Shown: positions 50,201 through 62,200 of the stretch, piece after piece
Numbering within the stretch: the stretch's first letter is position 1
How the letters are laid out: each line of letters begins with the position of its first letter
From: Lama guanicoe
Lineage: Eukaryota
Assembly (NCBI GenBank): GCA_013239625.1
Contig: MU053504.1
Location: 1,552,001-1,616,000 of the forward strand
Length of the DNA: 64,000 nucleotides
Direction: 5' to 3'
Program-made: the position numbers and the translations under genes
The notes under the pieces: model-generated
Told to the model about the DNA's origin: nothing
Databases searched by the model: none
Seen by the model: the letters and a program-made list of their open reading frames with translations, nothing else

Positions 50201-53200
50201 TACCTTGTGAGTGTTTATAGGGTTTATTGGGATGTAACCTGAAACTGCATCTGTAACCAGATATTCTGAGGGTAGAAAGAATCTTGTGATTGATCATAGG
50301 AAGGCTGATGATAAGAGTAGGGTCAAGACTTTGGGCTGAAAGAGGCTTTATGGCTCCCAGGGCAACCCAGGTGCTCACCAAGTCAGTTGGGGTACTTCAC
50401 TAGGTTTTTTGTGGTGGGCCTAAGGTTCGTGGGAGTTAAGGAGAACAGTTTCACTAGGACTAAATAGGAAGTGCATGATGCAAAGAAATTCCAATTCTGA
50501 GTTATCATAACTCCTTCCCAGAGTTAGCCATTGCTAATCAGTTTATAGCCTAACAGACATTTTTTCTAGGCTAGTGATCTCTAGAATGGAACATGCATAA
50601 TCCAGTGGGATGTGACAGCAAAATGTTTGAACTTTGCTTAATTTTTATAATTACTTTCCTTTTTTTTTTAATTCATCCTTTAAAAAGTTCCTGGTATATT
50701 TTTGGGTGCATAACACATTAAAGACCACTTACTAGGCATTTACAGATACTTATGTCTTACTCGTGTATGAATGTATGTATATATTATATACATTTTAAAA
50801 TATAATTGGTATGCTTCGTACATTGCCCTGGCTTTTTCTCTTTTTTTCCCAATATACTTTGGAAAATACGTCAGACGGAGAAGGATAAATACCGTATACT
50901 GTCACTTATGTGGAATCCAATAACAAAATAAACACCATAAAAACAAACTCATAGATACAGAGAACAGATTAGTGGTTACTAGAGGGGAAGGGAGTTGGGG
51001 ATGGGCGAAATGGATGAAGAGGGTGTTTCCTGTATGGTGATGGGTGGTAGCTAGACTTGTAGTTATACAGATGTCGAACTATAATGCTGTTTACCTGAAA
51101 CTAATGTAATATGATATAATATAGTGAAATGTAAAAACAAAAACAAAAAAACAAGCCTACTATATATTGACTGTTGTCAAGAAACAGAAGTATTCACTTT
51201 ACTTTTTATCACCTGCTTACTATTCTGTATTATGGATATATCTTTATTTAAGTTGGTCCTCTAATGATGGTTGGGATGTGTCCACATTTTTGGTGTTATA
51301 AATAGTGCTTCAGTGACATCTTTATACGTGTGTATGTCTGCACACACAGTCACAGATGCCACAACTGGTCAGGTTGCACCAGAACCAGTGAAAAAATAAA
51401 ATTGGATTTAATTGAAAAAAATTTTTTTTTTCCAGATGACCATTCTAGAGTCCATCTGACACCAGTTGAAGGAGTTCCAGATTCTGATTACATCAATGCT
51501 TCATTCATCAATGTAAGGAACTTGAGCTTTTCTCATTATTACCTTGAATGACCATAGGCTACCATCTACTGGCTCCTTCTCAGCTGCACATTAGGAGGAA
51601 TATTTGTTATTTCAGGTTTTCCTTGAGGAATCTTAATTTTTTTAAGGGACTGAAAAAAATTTTTATTGATCAAACAGATAGTTTTAAATGTATTCTTACG
51701 TTTACCCTGTCATCATTCCCACAGTTTTCCCAAACAGAAATCTGAAGCTAAATGTATACTTTTCTGTAAGAGTCAATGAGTCCTTTACTGAGCTTGTTGA
51801 GATAACTAAGAACAAAAGCACACCTTGCCCTCTGTACTAAAAGTCAGGGAAAATAGGACAAGAATACCTGACACCAGGTGAGTCTGGTTAGTCATGTCTG
51901 CTGTGATGAGACAGAAGAGCTGAAACTGGAAGGAGATTTTTAAGGGCCATTTAGAGACTGTTTCTAGAGCTGGGGTGAGAGACTTGAGTATGTTTTATAG
52001 GCTGTGGGGAAGGAGCCAGTAAAGAGAGTTTGGAAAGAGAGAGCAAGCAAGCCAGCTAGAGTGCATGCTTGACTGCTGAGGCAGGATGCGCGAGAAGAAT
52101 GTTGGTGGGGTTTGTGCACCAAGTTCACAGCAGCATTGATCACAATGACCACAAGGTGGAAGCAACCCAGTGTCCACCAGTGGAAGAATGGATGGGTAAA
52201 ATGTATATGCCTGCAGTGGGTATACATAACCTTCAGCCTTAAGGGAAGAATCTCTGACACATGCTACGTAGATGAACTTGAAGACACTACGCTAAGTGAA
52301 ATAGGGCAGTCACAGAAGGACAAATACTGTATAATTCCACTTATATGAGGTATCTAGAGTAGTCAGATTCATTAAGACAAAGTAGGATGGAGGTTGCCGG
52401 GGTGGGGGGGAATGGGAAATTATCATTTTAATGGGTAGAGAGTTTCAGTTGCGGAAGATAAAAAAGTTCTGGAGATCGATGGTGGTGATTGATGGTTGCC
52501 CAACAATGTGATAAACTTACTGCCACAGACCTGTACACGTGAAAGTGGCTAAAGCGATCAGTTTTATGTTATGTATATTCTACCATAATTTTAAAATAAA
52601 AGAGGTTAGCGTTGAACATAAGGAAGGATACTTGTTCCTCTGAGATTGATGGTAAAGGAATATAGAGTAAATAGAGGTGGTTTGTAGGTGTGGGTAAATC
52701 AGGCTGAGGGAACCCCTCTGTTTTTTCTAAGAAGCAGAGTCAAGGTTATCTGCTGAAAGGGGGATGGGACTGTGACATAAAGAGTACTAAGATCAGTAGG
52801 AAAGAATACTGAAATCGGAATGAAAAAGGCATTTTTTAGATGCACTGAAGGCCTCCCTAGGATGGGAATCATTGGTGTCCAGGGGCCTCAGTTGTGTGAT
52901 TTTCTCCAGCTGTACCCTAGGACTGGGAATATGCAGAAAGCATGTGGTACTCAGACAGAGGGGCTTAGGGAAGTCAGCTGCTGCTTCAAGTAGTCAGCCA
53001 ACAGCTTCAGATTCAGTAGAGAAAGGAAGAGATCAAGGACTAGGTCTCAAGAAAGTAAGAGTAGTCTTGGGGTAAGAAAAGGAGAAGGATGGAAGAGCCA
53101 GAGACTGGTGGCTAAAAAATAGGCTGTCAGATGGGCTTGAGAAATAGAGCAGTCCAGGCAGCCTCACTAGAGTGGATTTCCTGAGTATGTTTCATAGCGT

Positions 53201-56200
53201 TGGTCATGTTTGTAGTTAGAAGGAAAGGAACCCTGGTCGAAGTGACTGACATGGTAAATAGAGAAAGTGGAGAAAGGCTAATAACCAGCTAGGATTCCCA
53301 GGACTTAGATCAAAGGTTGTGATGAAGAGGTTGGGAGGAACAGGTTGACTTTAATGTTATATGGACAAGCATAGTGGTGTCGGTCAAAAGCTTTCCATCT
53401 GCAGGTAAGGGGACACTCAGCTAAAAGTGGTCTAGACAGGAACATTTATTTCTCATATAATCTGACGGCAGATATAGAGCAGTTCTAGAGTTGTCTTAGT
53501 CTGTGACTCAGTGACGTCATTAAGAAACCAGGTGTTTCCATCTTTCTACTCAGATATCTTCAGCCTGTCAGCAATGTCTCATGGTCACGAAGTGGCTGCA
53601 GCAGTTCCAAGCATTCCTTGTAAACACAACAAACAACATAGAAGAGGAGCGTTTCTGCATATGCTTTTCTCTTTATTAGGAAGCATGACCTTTCCCAGAA
53701 GCCTCTCCAGTACAGTACCCTTAATAGCCAGCAAGCCAGGATTGGATTACTTGCTTATACCCTCTCTCCAGTCACTGGCTAAGGCATGGAGAATTATGAT
53801 TTACCCTTCTAGGGCTGAGGAATGGTCCCCTTCCAAGCCAGTGGAAGGTAAATGTCCAAACAAAAGCATGGTTTTGATGGCAAGGAAGAAAAGGGGGGAA
53901 TAGCTTTTGAGTTAGTAACCAGCAGTGTCTGTTACCGTAACCAGTTTGGCTCCTTCCCACATTGAAGGTGGAGACAGACAAAAGTTACTTGGATGTTAAG
54001 GCTGTTAAGCAGGTAAGATGGGTCTATTCATGGTCACGGTAAGCAAGGCACTAGGAGGAAACAAGCCTTCTCCTTTGGCCATGCTTAGTGGGAGCTCACA
54101 GTGGGGCATCCTTGATGGTTATTGGAGAGTTATTAGTAGGTACTATGAAAGTTTAGATGAAGGGAGTTAAATTTGGTGCACTTACGAACTCACTGAAAGT
54201 ACAAAAGCAGGAAAAACCTATGATTAACCATGAGTAAGAGTCAGGGATTAAAGAAGATTTAGGTTCCACAGTTTATTAAATTCTATCAACAGTTTTTGAT
54301 CACCTGCTGTGTGTAGAGAACTGGAGGTAGGCAGAGGTTACAGAGATAAGATATGGTCCCTAGTGTGACACACAGATAGATCGTTTTCTGTAGGGTGCAA
54401 CTAGTATGCAGGAGGTATTGCCAAGTGCTTTGGGACTTAGAGAAAGAAACATTCAGCCAACCTGGTGACCCAGTAAAGCTTAATGTTAAAGGCTAAGTCT
54501 GAGTTCAAGAGAAGAAAAATGGGCAGCAAAAAGAGAACCATGAACAAAGTCAGAGTGGAAACAGTCTCAGTTATAATATACACGGTGAATCGTGGGGGAT
54601 GAGGCTTGGGGGATTGGTAGGAACTCAATCTTAGAGGGTATTGAATGTCAGATGTGTCTATTGGGGTTCTTAATTACAGACAGCAGAGTCCACTTTTTGT
54701 CTACTCTTTTAAGCAGTAAGTCTTTATTATAAGATACTGGGTAGCTTACAGAACCAATGGGAGAGCCACAAGATGCTGCTCAGGGAGGAACGGCGCAGCT
54801 TGGGATGACCCCAGCTACCCCACATGACTCGGAGTGAAACCCCTGCACAGGTGCTGCAGGAGAACTCAGTGCTTCCACCGCCATGCCTGCCCAGAGACCA
54901 GATCTTCCTAGCACATCACCACTCGCGTTGCTCACTTCTGCGTCAAGTCTTTCATGGGACTGCTAGGAAGAAGCTAGGTCTTGTGCAGAACCAAGCTGCA
55001 AGGGAGTCTAGGGAATTCAGCTTTTTGTTGTTTAGCCTCTATAGAAAGAATGTCAAGCTAGAAGCTGGTGGAACTGGATGCTGATTGAGCCACCTAATGG
55101 TATCTGCAAAGTTTCATACAGCTAAGTGTTTTGATTCTAGGCAATGGGGTGACATGGAAAGGTGTTTAAAGACAAGAAGTGACATGGCCACATTTGTATA
55201 TTGATCGCTCAGGTTACCGTGTGCAACATGGATTTAGGAAGGGCCAGCTGAGGACTGTTACAATAGCAGGCCACAGAGGCTGAGGGTAGAGGGTTGGAAA
55301 GGAAGCATCAAAGTAAAAACTACTTTGGAGGTAGAATTTAGCAGGACATGGTGACTGATTGTATATGAGATACTCTGTAGAGTATACATGGAGTATAGTG
55401 TAATCCACGTGGATGTATCCCGCATAGTTGGGCATTGATCTGGAGCTCAGAGGACGTATTCCAGAGCCATGGCCTTGGAAGCCATTAGAGAAAGAAGAGT
55501 GAGCCCTGGGGCCCACGAGCCTCTGCCAAGACACATTGGGCAAGAGGTGCTCATTAGTGAGACAGAAGGAGACCAGGAGAGAAGAGCAGTGCAGAGGGCA
55601 CAGAGTAAAGCAGGGAGAAAATGTTTGGTGGTCAGCAGGGTTAACTGCGTATGAGAGATCCAGTGGGAAAGAGGGAGCGGCTGTACCTTGGACTTGGAGT
55701 TTAGGGGCAGAAACAGCCTTTGCTGAAGCAAAATTAAGGCCATTTGTTGTGGGCTGCCAGTTACACTTGCCAAACTCTTTTTGTTCCTCCCAACATTATT
55801 GAGGTATAATTTACATAAGAAAAATTCAGACACTTAAAATGTAGAATTCAGTGATTTTTAGTAAGGTTACCAAATTAAGCTGCCATCACTGTAATTGTTT
55901 TAGAGTATTTTTAATGGCTTTATTGAGATGTTTAATTCCCAGTGTGGGCCCAGCCTCATCCCCAGATCCATTACATACGTTTCTAATGTGAAGGGTTCTT
56001 GTCCATTAATACCAAGACCCAGACTGACAGCTGCTGAGGAAGCAGCAGAAACACGGTCTAGCCTGGGAGTTGGTGTTTGGAGGTCCTTGTACCACTGTTC
56101 ATTAATAATTCACCTTGAAAAGACAACCTAGACCATGTAATCTTTGTAATCTTCGATTCCTGCTGTCCAAAATTAATCCCATGAAAATTTCTAGAATGCA

Positions 56201-59200
56201 AATCCTTGTTAATTGCCTGGGGCCTCTGTTAACTGGTTGGGAATATAGAGAATTTCATTCCTGTCAATTTTTGGTTTTCATTTTCTTTTTCTCCTCCATT
56301 CCTCCCCCACCCCACCCCCAGGGCTACCAAGAAAAGAACAAATTCATTGCTGCACAAGGTAAAGTAAAATAATTTTTTGCTCTTGGTCTTAACCATGAGT
56401 GGGTTTGGGTTTTTTCTTCCAAATGTTAAGTAGATTAATCAGAGTACATTAGCTTTTCTGTAATTATTACCCGCTGAAAGAAATGTAACCTGCCTTGCAG
56501 GTTTATAACTAAGGACCTTCATCTTGATGATTTAGTATCCAGGGATCCTTTAAGAGAAGTTCTTTTCTTTATGTGCATAAATAATACTGGTAAAGACTAT
56601 ATAACACACACACACAGACACGCACAGTGTAATGAGGTCCTCTATCTTGGGGCCCTTTGGGAACCTTAGGTTCAAGCCAGGCTGCTCAGATTTTGAATTT
56701 GGATTTACTCTCCAAAGAGGACTGGCCTGGCCATCTTACAGGGTCCAGGCTGACTTATCTTCTCCTCCCATTCGTGGGCCTGAGCTCCGCCAGCATCCAC
56801 AGATAAGTGGTCTAGGAACCCCCAGAGCAGGGACCCAATGCCATGGTCCTACATGTGCTCTGCACACGTTTCTACAGCCTGAAGTTCTGTACAAGTGTCC
56901 TCACCTTTGGGATCCTTGTGAAAATATCTTGATGTTTGCAGCACTATAGAGGAATTGATGTTAATTTGGTCCATCAAAGCCCACCTACCTACTCATGATG
57001 TTTCTGGCACCAACAACCACATGCAGTCTCTTCGTCTCTGTTTGTCATGAGGTCTTGTTGATGCTAAAGTACTTGTTAATTAAGATCACCTTTGATTTCC
57101 TGATGGGCCTTTTCTCAGACTCCTACCCTCTTGAACCTCTCTACGGTACTTCATACTCCTTGAAACTCTCCTCTGTTACTTCCTGGCATTCATCAGCTCT
57201 CTTGATTTTTCTCACTTTGTAAAATATTCTTTCTCTGGCTCTTATTCTTTCTACTGCATTCCTTCCACCAGAATGGCCTTTCTTACTGTAAAACTTCTGT
57301 TGGACTCTCATGAAAATCCTGTAATGATCTTTCGTTATCTGTGAAACAAGACTTCCTTAGCCTGGCCACCACCTCTTTAGATTCTGGTACCTTACCTATC
57401 TTCTGGCTCCATCTTCTACCCCTCCACGCACCCTATCCAGTGACTCAGTCAACTCCTTGCAGTCCCTGGGTGTCTCATGCGCTTTCTTGCTGCCAGCCTC
57501 CTGCCCCTCTGCTTAGAGTGCCCCTTCTCCTTATGCCTCCTTTTCTTTTTACCAAAGGGAATACAAAGTTTAAGAAAGTCAAAAGGTAGTACAAAGTCTT
57601 CAAAAACAAAGTTTTCCCCACTTTCCTCTTTTTTAATTTAGTGGAACCATTTTTATCTGTTGACTTCTTATCATAGATGACAACTTATTTAATCCTCTTA
57701 CAAACCACCTCAGACTCAGTCAGACTTGCATGTCCCTTTTCCCAATTTTCCCAGTGGAGTCAAATCACAATTTGGGATTAAGATAGTACTTGTTATTTAC
57801 ATTCTTATTACTATGCCAGTATTAGTCACAGCTGAAGCACATAGTATCATGATTTTTGGGGGTACAGTTTTGGTTTTCCTCTTTCCCAAGAGTTAATAAT
57901 TGCCTTTCCCCTATTCATTTAGTTTTTTATATTGCTAGCACTGATTTTTTTTCCTGCAAACTCTTTGCTGGAAGTATATATTTTCTCTGATACCTTTAGA
58001 TACATGAGCCTTAATTTTTTTTTTAATGTTTTTATCTTGGGATCCTTCTAGAACCTTCTTCCGTCAGTTCTACTCTGGATTGGTTGCTCTCTAGCCTCTG
58101 ACAGAGTAATTATCCTGTGCCTTCCCTTTACCAACACCCTGGGTGTTCTGTTAGCCTCTTTCCTGTGTTAGATCCCATTTTTTCCCCTCTCTCTTTGTGC
58201 CCTCATTGTTTAGAAATCTTCTAGTGGCTTTCTAGAAAGGCTGTGTGGGAGGTAAATTTTAAATTCCAGCCTGAGCAATTTACCCCACCCCTCTGGCTGA
58301 TGGTAAACCCCTCAGAGCATGGCAGGAAGGAGTAAATGAGGTATAAAGCACACAGCTCTCTATCTGGCCCATGACATGGGAGTCATGATTTCTAGTCCTC
58401 AGCTGTAATATCCTTGGGAGCGATTGTTCACGTTCTCTTTATTCTGACAACCTCACATCCCCACTTCACTTCCTAGTGAGGTGCCTGGCGCGTACATGGT
58501 GGATACGTGGGAAATACTCAGTTAGTAGGTGGGTGGAAGATAGATGGATTGGATATTTAGCTGGGGACATGTGGGCACAGGCTTCCAAAAGTCAGAAATG
58601 AATGTTCCTAATTTCCCAGTATCTTTCTTCCCTTGGGATGTGTTCTCATCTTTGCTGTTGGCTATTTTAGGACCAAAAGAAGAAACGGTGAATGATTTCT
58701 GGAGGATGATCTGGGAACAAAACACAGCCACCATCGTCATGGTGACCAATCTGAAAGAGAGGAAGGAGGTGAGTGGAGAAATTAAATAGGCTGGCTGGAT
58801 GACCCTTCATACAGGTATAACCAGCAGAGGATCTGCTCTGCTAGAGCTCTGTGTTTGAACCTAGGCTGTCCACCTGTTGTAGCTCCTGTGCCAGTCATTC
58901 ATCCAGACAGAACCCAGGCCGACATGCCTACCACACTTCGGTGTGCCTGGAAGCCTCCGATGAACTCAGGGGTATGCCTAAGGCACACACTCTGCCTAGT
59001 AATGAAACATCTCACCTTGGATCCAGGACATCCTGGAAGAAACGATTGGGTCATTAGCCAAGAAAAAACTCAGAGAGGCTTTTCTCCCCTGGCGTTTCTA
59101 GTCCCTCATTCCCCTGGGTTTTTGGTCCTCCTCCTGAGTCACCAGAGGAAGCTGTATGAACTGAGACCCTGCAGGGTGCAAGGAAATGTGAGACCCTGAC

Positions 59201-62200
59201 CTGATTCTTCAGGCAGCTTTCTGACTGTTCCTTTTCTTTCTGTGGCTGCCAAGTCCATGCCTGGCCAGCTCCATCACTGGGCCACAGCCAGGACCAGTCC
59301 TGAGTCCTGGATCAGGTCCCGGAGAGGAATCTCAATTCATGACAGTCTTTCTCCAGGATGGCCTTGAGTCACCCTGATACCACACTGGGCTGTTGAGTGT
59401 GTTGATCAGCTTAGGAGGGATAGCTTTAGGGCTGGGCTTTAGATTCATTTTCTCCAACCCTACCTCTGGCTCTTAGAGGCTGTCCAAAGCCTAGTCACCA
59501 GAGAAGGCCTTGCGCCTCGTATGACAGGTTTACAGTCTGCATCAATCCACTCTGACTCCCTCACTGCAGGTTGCTGGTCCCCGGGCATCAGACAGGCTTG
59601 CCCCTAGAGCATGACCTGAGATATTGTGGAAGTGCAGATTTTGTCAGAAAAATGGCTTCCAGTTTGCCCTGAACAGAAGGAATAGGGTGGGAAAGAGTTA
59701 GAAGTATAGGGCTGGGGCTGTGGATAAGTTAGGAGATTGTGCTAACCTGAATGGGAGCTGAGGAACTTCAAAAAAAGAACAGTTAGATAAGTCTTCAGCT
59801 GACAGAGGTGAGAGAAGAGGCCATGGGGGCTTTCTGAGGACCTCAGTCTGGGCTTTCTTTTGTGGTCCTTTCCTTTCAGGCCCTTTGCATCTGCTGGGGG
59901 CGGGAGGTCTGAGGTCAGGGGGATGCATGTCTGTTTCTTTCCAGTGTAAGTGCGCTCAGTACTGGCCAGACCAAGGCTGCTGGACCTACGGGAATATCCG
60001 TGTGTCAGTGGAGGATGTGACCGTACTGGTGGACTACACCGTGCGAAAGTTCTGCATTCAACAGGTACTGCCTCCTGCCGCCTTTCTTAGTTCCATTTAG
60101 GATCTGCTGACCATTAAGAGGGCAGAACAGGCTGGGTCAATCCCCCCTGTTACTCAGGGTGGTCAGGAATCACTGAGTGTACAGCATGTTTGGACTCTGA
60201 AACCAGAGATCTAGGCTCCCAGGGAATTGGGGCTGGGTGGTCAAAGCTAAGGGAGGGACATTGTCATTATTGGGAGAAAAAGTATTACTGAGATGGAATT
60301 TGGTCATCTTAGGTATGAACCAAGTGCATCAGGAGGTAGTGTAATCTTCTGGGTTCTTGACTTACCTCTCCACCTTTCTTACCCCAAAGGCTTCTGACAG
60401 CAAGTATGTGGTGGGCCCTGCTCCTGACCCTCCAGAGTGACCCTGGAGGCTTGAGCAAAGGTTGCCTTCAGCTGAGGGCAGTGTGGTGCTGTGAAAAGGG
60501 GGCTTACCAAGAGTCAGGAGACCTGCATTTTAGTTCTGACCCTGCCATGTACTAGTTCTGGGACCTTAATCAGGTCATTTAACTTCTCTGAGTTTCACAT
60601 TCCACATCTGTAAGCTGTAAATAATAGAAACAGCCCTGCCTACCCCATGGGGTTCCTGGGAAGGTTCTTTGTCCATGGTTACAACTTCCTTGGGAAGTTT
60701 ATACTCTCACTTCCCTATTGTCATTGACAGCACAGCTGGCCCTGGCCCCTAACCTCCGCCTCCTTCCCCTGGTGCTGCCCCACCCCAGGGTATCAGGACC
60801 AACACACGCGATCTCTTCATTTCACAGGTGGGCGACATGACCAACAGAAAGCCACAGCGCCTCATCACTCAGTTCCACTTTACCAGCTGGCCAGACTTTG
60901 GGGTGCCTTTCACTCCAATCGGCATGCTCAAGTTCCTCAAGAAGGTGAAGGCCTGCAATCCTCAGTATGCAGGGGCCATCGTGGTCCACTGCAGGTCAGT
61001 GTGGCCTAACCCTTGGGTCCCTCGCTCATACCATATTCTGCTCCCATGGCAGGAGCAGGGAAAGCTCAGGGGCCCTGGCTGAGGAGGCTGGTACAGAGCA
61101 GATGAGCTGCTGGGGCCCCAGGGCAGCAGCCAAAGAAATTCCTCAAGTTTTGGTACTGGGTGCACTAGAGGAAAGAGGGAAGGGCAGTCCTCTAAGACTG
61201 GGGGTGGGGAGACCACTGCTGTGAAACCAAGAAGCTAGGTTGAGTGCTGCCTTGTGTACTTGGGACCTTCAGACCCTTCTAAGTGTCAAGGTTCCCTGGT
61301 CCTGTTAGCTAGAGGTAAGGAGTTCAGGTACAGTGGGGTTGTTGGCTCTGTGAGAGTCCCAGCTCTCCCCCGTAGAGTTAAGAGTTTAGAGGCTTGAAGA
61401 AAGAGCCCCACCCTGTGCTGCCCGCTCCTTGTAAGTTCCCACGAGGCATGCTAGCTGTCCCCGTAACACTCCTGCTTTCTGGCCACAGTGCGGGTGTAGG
61501 GCGCACAGGTACCTTTGTCGTCATTGATGCCATGCTGGACATGATGCATACGGAGCGGAAGGTGGACGTTTACGGCTTTGTGAGCCGGATCCGGGCCCAG
61601 CGCTGCCAGATGGTGCAAACAGACGTGAGTGGTTTGTGGGTGAAATGAAGGTGGGGGGCATTCCAGGACCAAAACATCTGCCTGCCTCATGGATTACTTA
61701 GCCTCCCAGGTTATTGTTACTGATCATCATGCAGTGTGATGAAAGACCCTTATATATTGTGTATTAAAAGAAACATGGAACACAGAGGAGTTGTGCCTAG
61801 GGAGATCAGGAAGATGGGGCAGTTGTCATTTGCACTAGGCTCTAAGGATGTCGAATAGGTCCTGAGGGAGGCAGGCATGTGGGCAGCCGAGAGAGCCATG
61901 GCCACAGAGTTGTCATGCAGCTCAGCCAGGTCCAGGAGCAGCAGTGAGACTGGCTCTGTGGTTAGGGCATGGAATTCAAAGGGCACAGCACCGGGAGGGA
62001 GGCTGGCACAGGTCCTGTGGGTCACTAGAATTTGACAGCCCCTCAGTTTGTCAAATCTGTGCTGTCTAAAAAAATAAAAATAAATTTTAAAAGCTGGGGG
62101 GTGCTTTTAATCTGTCCTCTCTGAATGAGCAGGAGTTGGATTTATCCTTCTCTTCAGGAGGGTGCCAGAGTAGGACCCTTCCTCCCAAATTTAAGAACCT

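Noticed and set aside
51328..51435. Equivalent of the 36-aa D1 insert recalled from mouse Ptpra
   Set aside because: The frame upstream of the exon is open, but there is no AG 108 nt upstream and no peptide similarity to what I recall
57720..58270. Segmental duplication of 20230-20800
   Set aside because: Similarity is low and better explained by two copies of the same old L1M family
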